A program made the position numbers and the translations under genes. Positions 28,660-39,250 of a stretch of DNA of 64,000 nt are shown piece after piece (the first letter of the stretch is position 1; every line of letters starts with the position of its first letter). The stretch is from Octopus sinensis. Taxonomy: Eukaryota. The stretch covers positions 52,948,001 to 53,012,000 of the forward strand of contig NC_043000.1 of NCBI RefSeq assembly GCF_006345805.1, written 5' to 3'. The notes under the pieces were generated by a model. That model was not told the origin of the DNA. It worked only from the letters and a program-made list of their open reading frames with translations, and searched no databases.

Positions 28660-28810
28660 ATATCACTTATTTTTATCATCACCATCATCGTTATCGTCAT
28701 TATCGACATCGTCATCATCGACATCGTCATCATCATTAACGTCATCATAGTCCTTGTCATCATCTTCATCGTCAGCGTCACCATTATTATTATAATTGTT
28801 ACCATTATCT
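28660..28810. repeat. Degenerate (CAT/CGT)n trinucleotide tract
   Basis: Directly visible. Confidence 0.85.
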
Positions 28811-29069
28811 TCTTATTTCAGTTTTGTTTCCATTTCTTGCTGAGTGTCTTCCCGACACCGGGAGCAAAAACTGTATACATTGGCACACTCACTGTATACT
28901 TTTTAATGTATACATTAATGGGCACATTAAAATAATGACATCAGATGGTCCATTTACAAAGGCATGTGATGGAAAAAGGACAGAGATAAGAAAGATAGAA
29001 GAAAAAAGAAACAAATTAAAAAAGTAAGAAAAAAATAAGAAAGTGAAAGGAAAAAAGGAAAGAAAATTC

Positions 29070-29395
29070 ACAGCCCCAATGCTCTTCACAATACGAGTGA
29101 TGTACCAGTTAAGACAATCTTTTGCATTTCTCGCATGGACGGCATGCCAGGGATCATGCTCAAGTAATTTTCAGTTCCTTTTTTGTTCATTCCAAATACT
29201 CCTACAATCACTGGTGTTTTAACTGCCTTGAGATGCCACATTTACTTCGATTTTAATCAACAAATCTTTGTATTTTTCTGAGCTTACCAAATTTTTTACC
29301 GAGATATTATGATCACAAGGTACGCTCCTGTCAGTCAATAAACAAATTTTATTATTTTGGTCTTTCACAACAACATCTGGTTTATTAGATTTCAT
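29070..29395 (-). mobile_element. R4/Dong RLE-domain 3' fragment
   Basis: Clear nucleotide homology to 61930-62230 (gatgtaccagttaagacaatcttttgca; ccgagatattatgatcaca; ggtctttcacaacaa). It encodes the decayed PDIVVKDQNN...CDHNIS.K...KYKDL motif. Confidence 0.85.
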
Positions 29396-29399
29396 GCTG

Positions 29400-29487
29400 C
29401 AGTCGTTTATTATTATTGATATTATTATTATTGTTCTGACAGTTGTTACTGTTTTTGTTGTTGTTGTTATTATTATTGTTGTTGTTG

Positions 29488-29559
<72 letters not shown>

Positions 29560-29606
29560 TATTATATTATTATTATTATTATTATTATCATTAGTAGTAG
29601 TAGTAG
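29400..29606. repeat. (GTT)n/(ATT)n/(TAG)n microsatellite
   Basis: Directly visible. Confidence 0.95.
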
Positions 29607-29619
29607 GAGTGATTCTTAT

Positions 29620-29787
29620 AAACAGGTTCTCGTGCTCTTGAGAAACTCTGCAGGATTATTTTGGATGAACAAACACAACGCATTCAAAACAGCACGGTGT
29701 CTCGAAATCTCTCTATCGAGGCAAATCGCTGGTGTTGTATCATCTAAATGGGAAAAGTTGTTCCCCGATGACGAAAAACAAAAATGA
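29620..29787 (+). pseudogene. Possible HMG-box-like coding remnant
   Basis: SAGLFWMNKHNAFKTARCLEISLSRQIAGVVSSKWEKLFPDDEKQK* aligns by eye to HMG boxes (NHP6-type SAYMFFANENR...[26 protein letters not shown]). The terminal TGA sits where an aromatic residue is expected. Several core residues are missing. Confidence 0.3.
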
Positions 29788-29819
29788 TCAGACGTTCGGT
29801 TTGGACCTGTTCGCGACTT

Positions 29820-30790
29820 TCATAGAGCAAGAGAGCGAGAGTAAGAGGCGAGGTCCGTATCGAGCACAATCGCGAACACGTGTACGCGTGCACGAGTCCG
29901 CCTGTGCAAAGCACTCTACTGTTTCTGCTAACTTCCTGCAAGGCATGGTAGCACTGAGAAGATCGACTCGGCCGACCTGCAAGCGGCTATGCTATATGCT
30001 GAATATCCCTTGGTATGTGACTGTCGCCGAAAGCGTGGTTGTTCCCCCACTGGGGACGCACTAGCTTCCAGACGGCGGAGGACGCGATATCAATCACAAG
30101 CACAGAATGCTACCGTATGCCGACGAGAGGCGGGCAGCAGGAGGCACGTGCACGCTATACTCTTTCGATGAAGCTTGCAGAAGGCGCCGCAATACGGTGG
30201 AGTTCGCCTGAGACGAATGCTCGTGGAAGCACGTCCACGTCCGCGAGGGCGGACGAGTAGGAGAGAGAAGATGAGCTCTCTGTCGAGCGTGAGCGCAGAG
30301 ACGTGCACGCCTGCATCGGTGCACACGTCCGCCTGGTGCACGATGATTTCTGCTAACTCCTAGCAAGTCACAGCAGTTGGGCAGGGACCGATTCATCAGA
30401 CCTGCCCGCAAGCGTCATAGTGGTCGGAGATCCCTTAGAGTTCGACGGTCACCACGAGCAGTGCTCTGAAACCTTTTTTTCACTTGCGGCATACACGAAG
30501 TAACAATAAAACCAAAAGTATAGGGAAAACAATTATATTCATGTTACGCTGCAGTACACCTAATATCGTCTCGTGTCAAACCAGTGTGCCTCAGCATGCC
30601 TCTTTGTGGTACACTGGCCTAGAGCATGGTTGTTCCTACTCCGGCGACTCGCAAGCTTCCAGAGGGCGGCAAACGGGATTTCGTTCCAGTGCACATGGTG
30701 CTATCGGTAGCAGGCACGATGCCGGCAGCAGGGGGCACAGCCACGTTCACGTGGATTCTGCTAGAACATATTACAATTGAACACGTGTTA
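29820..30790. repeat. GC/CpG-rich island of degenerate tandem units (~425 bp; one full unit and two partial units)
   Basis: Collinear matches 29860-30040 vs 30283-30465 (offset 423-431) and 30005-30160 vs 30596-30751 (offset 591), e.g. tttctgctaac, gacctgc...atccctt, ggttgttcc...gcttccaga.ggcgg...ggcagcagg.ggcac. Confidence 0.7.
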
Positions 30791-30906
30791 TTGCTTTGAT
30801 TCCCACTGTTGTCCGTGCGTCACATCCTGTATGTGTGTGTGTGTGCAAAGGCAACAATGCGAGTTCAAAAATCTCAATAAGAGATCAACGCAGTAGTTGT
30901 ACTAAC

Positions 30907-31150
30907 AAGTAATGTTCGTAGTCACTTCGACATGGCTGCCCGTTCCTACAGATTTTAGTGCAATTTCTGAACATCGAGTGGATAACTTCTGAACTCCCAC
31001 TACCTATTAGCAACAGGACTAGCAGACCAGCCTGGTTTGGGTCTATTTCGTCTCTCATCAGTACTAGACGCCTCATCTGCTAGAGATGGCAGTAGCTTGC
31101 CTCTGCCCGTAATATATGAAACCACGATGTAGTGGCTACGAACATTACTT
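30907..31150. mobile_element. 244-bp candidate MITE bounded by 20-bp inverted repeats
   Basis: aagtaatgttcgtagtcact (30907-30926) vs agtggctacgaacattactt (31131-31150) match 19/20 as reverse complements. No clear TSD. Confidence 0.5.
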
Positions 31151-31166
31151 ATATATGTATGTATGT

Positions 31167-31199
<33 letters not shown>

Positions 31200-31230
31200 T
31201 CGAACATATATATATATACATATATATATG

Positions 31231-31319
<89 letters not shown>

Positions 31320-31344
31320 TAGATATAGATAAATGTGACCGCGT

Positions 31345-31535
31345 GTGTACAGTTGGCGATTTTTTCCCTCTGTCTTCCCTTCTCTGGATCATTCCTTCTC
31401 CTATGTTTCCGACGAAGAGCTCCGCTCGAAACGATGAACCCTTCTTCTTTCCTTCTTTCCTGGGCGTCCAATAATACTATATTTGTTCCACGTCCTCGCG
31501 TTGTTGTGTTTTTTTTTTTGTGCTTTCTTATTTGG
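31345..31535 (+). mobile_element. Solo Penelope pLTR-like module (family B) with a hammerhead-like motif at 31405-31439
   Basis: Homologous to 41185-41370. Contains gtttccgacgaagagctccgctcgaaacg. Flanked by (TA)n on both sides. Confidence 0.7.
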
Positions 31536-31539
31536 ATTA

Positions 31540-31571
<32 letters not shown>

Positions 31572-31987
31572 AGTACATACACACGCAAACACATACACGG
31601 AGAGTCACCTATACATGCAACTATGAATCAGCATCGATACGTCGGAAAATACATTTGAGGTGAGATTTTGCAATGATAACAGTTTGTCGTGAAATATTGA
31701 TGAAGCAATCATAATTTTCTGTGGGAATCAATATTTTACCATTCTAAGTATCATATATATCCAATACTGTATGACACAGTGAGTCTGAATCCTTCTCATA
31801 AGTAAGACATGTGCTGTCTTAACAAAAAATCACTGAAACGAGAAAAATATTCAAATACTAATTTGAAGCTGTCGTAAGATATATACTGAGTATATGCACA
31901 GGCTTTCAATATTAGTTTATAAAACAAAGCCTCAAATATAGGTTCTTACTGAATCTTTATTTTTTAAAACTTTCTCCAGCCGGTAAC

Positions 31988-32819
31988 TACGAGATGGTAT
32001 TAAAAAATCCCGGACTCATTCTGTACCGCGCCAACAGATGGCAGCACAATGTTGTGTACGCAGTGAGAGCCGGCAGTGACCTTTATTAGGCGGAGTACCG
32101 AGTGATATTGCTGTGTTAACTTCGCAAGTTGCTAAATTTTATTTTGTTTTGTGATCATGCGTATGATGTAGTCAGCGAATTTGTCATGGACAGGAACCAA
32201 TATCCAACGTGAAATTTTGCGTTAAACTTGTAAAATCAGCTACAGAGACATTGCGTATGCTTAGGCAAGCGTATGGCGACGAGACGGTAGGTCGTACGCA
32301 AAGTTTCGAGAGGCAGGAGCGCTTCAAAAAATGAAGAATGTCCCTGGAAGACGATGAGCGGTCTGGAAGATATGCCACGTTGATCACCCCTGTAAATGTG
32401 GTATTTGGCATCGAGTATTCGTCCTCCAGGGCCAGGCCGTCCATCGAGAGTTCTACAGTCACCCTTTGAAGCGTGGAAGTGACCGGGACTGTGGATCGCA
32501 AAAAATTGGATTCTTTATGATGACTTGTGCCCCCTGTCTCCATGCTCTTCTCACTCGTGAGTTTCTCGCATAAAACAACATGGTATCACTTCTGTACCCG
32601 CCCTATTCGCCATTTTTAGCACTTGCGGACCTCTATCTCATCCCCAAGATGAAAATGCAGTTCAAAGGTCACTGTTTTAACACCGTTGCTAAGATCCACA
32701 GCGAAACGCAGGAACGCTACGCAACGTGACTATTTCGAAGGAGATGATGTTAAACTCAGGTATATATGATTTTTTTTTTTTAACATAAATAGTCCAAGAA
32801 CTTTTTGATACAAACACAC
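31988..32819 (+). mobile_element. Internally deleted mariner (irritans/Hsmar2-like) with both TIRs
   Basis: VKLVKSATETLRMLRQAYGDETVGRTQSFE...SLEDDERSGR; VFVLQGQAVHREFY; TREFLA*NNMVSLLYPPYSPFLALADLYLIPKMKMQFKG. TIRs tacgagatggtattaaaaaatcccggact (31988-32016) and agtccaagaactttttgatac (from 32791). Confidence 0.9.
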
Positions 32820-33691
32820 ACATGAATACACACATACACACTTACTCATACATACATACATACATACATACATACATACATACATACATACATACATACA
32901 TACATGCAAACAGCATATATAATATATATACATATGCGTATGATATGTATGCGTATTTAAATATTACAAAGTTTAGCGGTGTGTGAAATGAGAATTAAAA
33001 ACGGAATATAACAATACTTTTATCCCTTTAAATTTTACTGATGGTCGTTTCAGAGTATCTTGACAGCTATTCAGAAAATTCGCAGCTGGTTTCACTCTGC
33101 ATCCATTACTGTAGAGTATTGTAGCTATTCTATAACACATTCATAACTAACGCTAGCGATACAGTTAACAGCTTGATAATTTACTTCTGCTATTTATTGG
33201 GGAACAACACAAGGTAAGGTTTCTCAAAGGAGCAGTGAACAAGACGTGAAAATTTCCGTCTAGAGACATTTCCACATCATATACTACACCTGTCAAACAC
33301 ATGTAACTATTGTGTCTTTCTTCACATTTCATCCGCTTCTAGGTCTTGTATTACTTAAATTTATTGACATGTGAAGCTGATATCGTTTGGTTAATCCACA
33401 AATATGTGAATTAAGGTATTCACTACATTGGTAACACGATTTATACTAGCTAACTGGTTTCATGTATAGATAGATAACGCAAGAAGTCACTTTATTGGTG
33501 AGTGTCAGTCAAGAACTACGAAGAATGTCAGGCAAAATATTGCCAAGCTATGTTCAATGTATATAAAAGGGATAAAACTAATGCATCTGTGTTCTAATTT
33601 TTAACAGAGCTAGGTTGTTTTACGGCTGTTTCGAATCGCGGTGATTTGATCGCCATATATATATATGTGTGTGTGTGTGAGTGTATATGTG

Positions 33692-33728
<37 letters not shown>

Positions 33729-33917
33729 GTTCATATTTAAAATGTGTATAGCATTTATACATAAAAGAGATGACACTTTACAGGACGTCTTACATGCTAG
33801 ATAGGGCAGCCAAACACAGACCACGAAAAAAGTAATTCCAAAGAGAATGAAAACAACAAATATGTACAGTTAAACCCAATCTCAAGTTTCTGTATTAATG
33901 AACAAATAAATTAATTT

Positions 33918-33947
33918 GATATATATATATATATATATGTATATACA

Positions 33948-34027
<80 letters not shown>

Positions 34028-34057
34028 TATATGTATATATATATATATATATATATC

Positions 34058-34105
<48 letters not shown>

Positions 34106-34135
34106 ATATATGTGTGTGTATCTGCGTGTACGGGT
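33918..34135. repeat. Interrupted (TA)n array
   Basis: Directly visible. Confidence 0.95.
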
Positions 34136-34693
34136 GTGTTTGAGTGTGTGTATATCATCTGCTACAGATATCTATATAATCTGGTATAATATGTTTGGTA
34201 GTGAGCGTATTTCTTGTTTCACTGTAGAAAGTTTCGGATTAGATGCCTTAGAAATTGAGAATATATGATTAAGAAATAAAACAAACGCGAATAATAATCT
34301 TATAAAATTTAATTATCCTATTTGATATGATAAATTTATAATGTATCACATTTTTTTTCGGTTTGAAATATATCATATAAAATGGTTCCGCCGTAATATA
34401 CTGTTTAAACCGAATACTACTGCACTATTTACTGTTAAAGAAAATAGAGAAAGTAATAGATTTACTCATTGTCTTTTCCTCCTTTGAAGTCCCTTGAGTA
34501 AATAAATCCATTCCTGCTGGTGTTGCCGTTATGATAATCACCTTATACATCACTTTCTTTTTTATTAACTATGTAGCTGATGTTACTTATATTTTCACGT
34601 GCAACCAAATATTCTTATGTAACATGCTGCTAATCTTGTTTAACTTCAGAAGAACTATTATCAAGGAAATCCATTATCAGAAGTACTCGAGTT

Positions 34694-34747
34694 ATGCTAT
34701 CTGTGACTGCACTATCTAATGCTATCTGTGACTGCACTATCTAATGC
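34694..34747. repeat. Perfect 25-bp tandem duplication (atgctatctgtgactgcactatcta x2)
   Basis: Directly visible. Confidence 0.9.
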
Positions 34748-35207
34748 ATAACCTTTGAACATAAGGAATTTCTGAGAATTGTACCTGGTACTTTTAGAAT
34801 GTGCACTCTGTACATCACATTGTATGCATAAATATAATTTGTATTATATCTTAATAAACATACATTTAATAACTACATTGTTGAAATGCGTTAATATTTA
34901 TTGAAAAATATTGCAATCCGCCCTTTCAAATATATAATATAACAAAATATGGTAGAAACATTTTTCCGATGTCGCTACGAAACACATATAGTCTATATGA
35001 TACACCTATTTTGTTATCCTTATTTAGATTGCAGATCTCATAAATCACTACAAAATTAAAGAACAAGCATCTCAGGATTGGGTGTATAGGAGCTCTGAAA
35101 TGGAAGTAATATGAAACGCATTAGATATAGCAATAGTACACACACACACAGGCGCACGCACACACACACACACACACACACCACACACACACACACATTA
35201 TATAACA

Positions 35208-35615
35208 ACGTGGCTGTGTTGTAAGTAGCTTGCTTACGAACCACATGATTCCGGGATCAGTACCACTACGTGGCAACTTGGGCAAGTGTTTTCTGCTATA
35301 GCATCGGGCCGATTAAAGCGTTGTGAGTGGATTTGGTAGACGGAAACTGAAAAAAGCCCGTCATATATATGTATATATATATATATATATATGCCTGTTT
35401 ATGTTTGTGTGTCTGTGTTTGCCCCAAACCTAACATCGCTTGACAACCGATGCTGGTGTGTTTACGTCCCCGTAACTTAGCGGTTCGGCCAAAGAGAACG
35501 ATAGAATAAGTACTAGGCTTACAAAGAATAAGTCCTGGGGTCGATTTGCTCGACTAAAGGTGGTACTCCAGCACGGCCAAAGTAAGAAGACTGAAGCAAG
35601 TAAAAGAGTAAAAGA
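35208..35615 (+). mobile_element. tRNA-type SINE (family 1)
   Basis: Homologous along its length to 27722-28132, with a gtaaaagagtaaaag tail. Confidence 0.9.
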
Positions 35616-35770
35616 ACAGATATGCCCATATATAGAGCTTTGTACGTGTGCGACAACATGTGTGTTTGTGTTTGTGTGCGAGTCTGCTAAAATGGGCATA
35701 GGATTTGTATACGATTATTAGCTAAATTTGTTCTGTTTGGTTAATGGAATAGGTGAAAAAAATTAACATT

Positions 35771-35949
35771 AGTGGCTGTGTGGTAAGTAGCTTGCTTACC
35801 AACTACATGGTTCCGGGTTCATCCCCACTGCGTGACACCTTGGGTTAGTCTCTTTTACTATAGCCTCGGGCCGATCAAAGCCTTGTGAGTGGATTTGGTA
35901 GACGGAAACTGAAAGAAGCCCATTGAGTCCGTCGTGTATATATATATAC

Positions 35950-36024
<75 letters not shown>

Positions 36025-36235
36025 AGTGTGTATGTGTTTATGTGTTTCTGTTTGTACCCCCAACATCGCTTGACAACCGATGGTGGTGTTTTTACGCCCC
36101 CGTAATCTAGTAGTTCGGCAAAAGAGACCGATAAGTACTAGACTTACGAAGAATGTGTCCTGGGGTCGATTCGCTCGACTAAAGGCAGTACTCCATCATG
36201 GCCACACTCAAATGACTGAAACAATTAAAAGAGTA
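35771..36235 (+). mobile_element. tRNA-type SINE (family 1) with an expanded internal (TA)n
   Basis: Homologous to 27722-28132 and 35208-35615. Confidence 0.9.
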
Positions 36236-36779
36236 ATATCAAATAATGTTGTTCAACTAGGTTTACATTCTATTCACAGTTGATGTACAATGTATCTTTA
36301 TATATATTGTCTCATCAAGGCAAAAACTATAGATCGTTAAACGGCTTCAGTTTTATTCTTGAACCCGACATAGCTACGATAAACATAGATGTAAATGTAT
36401 ATGACGCATTCTCGAATAAGACGCATCCCTATTTTACAAGTATATTTAATATGTGTGTGTACGCGTGTGTGTTTATGTACGTGTAAGTTTGTATGTGTCC
36501 ATGCGCGCGAGAGTGCATATCTACGCAAAACATTCATCACTGAACTCATTAAAAATTTTTTTATAAGTTTTCTTTAAGTGTACTTTACCGTGCAGTATTT
36601 ATGTAGTCCGAATTTGGGATATAATTTTATAGTATTTAGTTTTAAAAACAGTTGTTCTTAAAATGGAGTTTGTGCTATAAAGAAGAGTCAAACATACACC
36701 ATAAGGACTCTCTCAGGAGGATTCAATTGGTTATGAAGGTAAGAATGGTTTTAAAGCTGAAATATATTAATATTGTTGC

Positions 36780-36890
36780 TAGAGCGGTCAGCTGGCTGAA
36801 CAATTAGCGTACCGAACACAATGCTTAGATGCATTTCGTCCGTCTTTACATTCTGAGTTCGAGTACCATCGATGACAAGCTCACCATTAA
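36780..36890 (+). mobile_element. Decayed SINE (family 2), 5' part
   Basis: gcggtcagctggctgaa...atgcttag...ttctgagttc resembles the head at 55729. Confidence 0.55.
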
Positions 36891-37039
36891 TGTTTTTATT
36901 ATGAATGAAATAAGAGGGGTACTAGTGTTTATATAATCAGCTTATTTCCTACTCCCGAAGTTGCAGACCTTGGTTTAATTGCTACATCTGTTAAGTCATT
37001 AAGCTGTATACTTTCCAAAAGTACATATAAGTACATATA

Positions 37040-37186
37040 TATACGTGTGTGTGCGCGTGTGTATGTGCATGCGCGTGAGCATATGCATTATATATATATA
37101 TATTTATGTGTGTGTGTGTCTGTGTCTGTGTATGTGTATGTATATATATGTGTGTATATCTACATATATGTGTATATGTAGATATA

Positions 37187-37226
<40 letters not shown>

Positions 37227-37234
37227 TATATGTG

Positions 37235-37301
<67 letters not shown>

Positions 37302-37345
37302 CATACACACACACATATATATATACATATATATGCATGTATATA
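37040..37345. repeat. Compound (GT)n/(TA)n microsatellite
   Basis: Directly visible. Confidence 0.95.
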
Positions 37346-37934
37346 CGTTGATACTGTGTGGACTAAAATCCCCGTTGACTTGCCAGTGGTATTTATAGAG
37401 TGTTAAACAATTTTATATGCAAATTAGGGACTCATTCAGAGAGCAACTGGCTGCATTGTTGAGTATATATACAGTTTGGCTGTTTATTTCTCTGGAGATC
37501 ATCAGAATTGTGTAGACGCCTCTGTTGAGTTCCCAATAAGGTTCGAAAATCCATTAAGGTTGTTCGTCATTTTATTCAGTCTGCAGTGGAATAGATAAAC
37601 TTTGCCCTGTTTATAATTATACCATATGTTACATAAGTATATATATATATATATAGGAAGTGCTTGATTATATAAAATTATAATAATGGAAACTACTGAG
37701 TAATGCCACATGCTAGAAGAAGATGCCGAACGGGTCTAAAACTATCTAATTTATCTCATAGACACAGGTTAAAAGCAAGGGAATGAAATATTATTTTTTC
37801 GTTTTAAAGTTTAGCCATAGATCGATTTACCATATACTTTAACATCCTGAGTATCACATTTCCAAAAGTACATGATTATGAATATTTATACATACCATGC
37901 GAACACCATATATCCATAGAGCATATAGAAATGT

Positions 37935-37970
<36 letters not shown>

Positions 37971-38344
37971 AATGTATATATGTATGTATGTATGTATGAA
38001 TGTATGTATGTATGTATTATGTATGTATGTATGAATGTATGTATTTTTGTTTGTTTAATAGCTTTGTATTGATATACTAATTAAAGAGAATAAAGGGCTA
38101 AAATACGTTTCTGAGCATTAAAATAATTGATATTTTGTTATTAAAACTACCTTTTCAAAACAATTTCTTTTCCAATGTCACTTTTAATTGCCAAACATCG
38201 ATATAAGCAGACACGGATCAAAACACACACACACGCCCGTGCACTTGCAGAGATTTAAAAGGGCAATGCAAAAATATTTGTCAAAATATGAATGAAAATC
38301 GAAGGAATACGAACCAATGAGTAATATTTTTTTCTACCGTAAAC

Positions 38345-38520
38345 ACATGGACAGATATTTGGGGGAATATATTATGTTAATTACATCCAGCTCAGAGCGG
38401 CACTGGTACTTATTTAATTGACTCCGAAATTATGAAATGCAAAGTCGGCATCGGCGGAATTTGAGCTCAGAACGTAAAACGAAGGACATACTGCTAAATA
38501 TTCTGCACGGCGTGCTAAAA
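38345..38520 (-). mobile_element. SINE (family 2)
   Basis: The reverse complement tagcacgccg...ttctgagctcaaattccgccgatgccgactttgcatttcat...taagtaccag matches 55750-55870. Confidence 0.75.
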
Positions 38521-38611
38521 ACCAGTAAATAATAATGCTAACAAATATTTCAATATTTCGCGGCTAAAATTCATAGCTGATAACTTTTGTTCAGTTGTCA
38601 GACACTAACCA

Positions 38612-39250
38612 AGATATCGTGGATCGTTACCTTTTGACAGATAGAATTTAAAAATTATTTTTTGTAACTAAACACTTTCAAACTTCGGACACTCTCAGAT
38701 TGTGTCATAAAAACATCTTTTACTCTTAGTGATTTTGAGAAAACCTTATATTTAGGTAGTTATTTCACGTTTTGTTGTCATATTTCGGTAATTTCAACCA
38801 ATGAATGACGTGTGTTCAGCTGAATGAAATTACTATTGTTGTTTGTCAACAATAACTATCGGCGGTGTATTTTTCGTTTGTCACTGTTATTTATGACATT
38901 GTTCGTGCGTTTGTACTTTAGCTTTAAGGTTTTAGGGTTAGGTTTAGTGTTTTAGGATTAGGGGTGTCATAAATAACATTGACAAACGAAATATACACCG
39001 CCGGAAGTTATCGTTGACAAACAACGGCAGTACTTTTATTCAGCTGAATACACGTCAATCATTGGTTGAAATTACCGAAATACTACAACTTTATCGTGAA
39101 ATAACCTCCTAAATATAATGGTTTCTCAAAACGCTAAGAGTAAAATATGTTTTATATGACGCATTCTACCATTGTCCGAAGTTTGAAAGTGTTTAGTTAC
39201 AAAAAATTATATTTAAAATCTGCCTGTCAAAAAGTAAAGATCCGATGTCT
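38612..39250. mobile_element. ~640-bp palindromic MITE-like element with ~285-bp imperfect arms and a TTAGGG-like loop
   Basis: 38612-38898 is the reverse complement of 38965-39250 (e.g. ttttttgtaactaaacactttcaaacttcggaca / tgtccgaagtttgaaagtgtttagttacaaaaaa). The 66-bp spacer includes ttttagggttaggtttagtgttttaggattagggg. Confidence 0.85.

Noticed and set aside
29896-30367. Fungal-style micro-introns (GTCCGC...GCTAAC...AG) at 29896-29942 and 30327-30367
   Set aside because: The motifs are conserved between units, but splicing gives inconsistent reading frames relative to the best-conserved upstream frame, and the products resemble no protein I know.
29732-30780. Two long plus-strand frames in the GC island interrupted only by TAG (29732-30211, one TAG; 30175-30780, three TAG), hinting at amber recoding
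   Set aside because: The homologous units are not in a consistent frame, TAG aligns with unrelated residues (K, E, L, W), and the absence of TAA/TGA over 160-200 codons in GC-rich DNA is not rare enough across six frames.
30885-31076. Minus-strand ORF with DPNQAG...IHS...DYE, loosely like RTE reverse transcriptase motifs
   Set aside because: Spacing and key residues (GFR, KAFD) are absent. Probably chance.
29600-31150. CRISPR-like or regularly spaced repeat array
   Set aside because: Recurring words (ctgcta, gcaagc) are not of constant length or spacing. They are explained by the degenerate long units.
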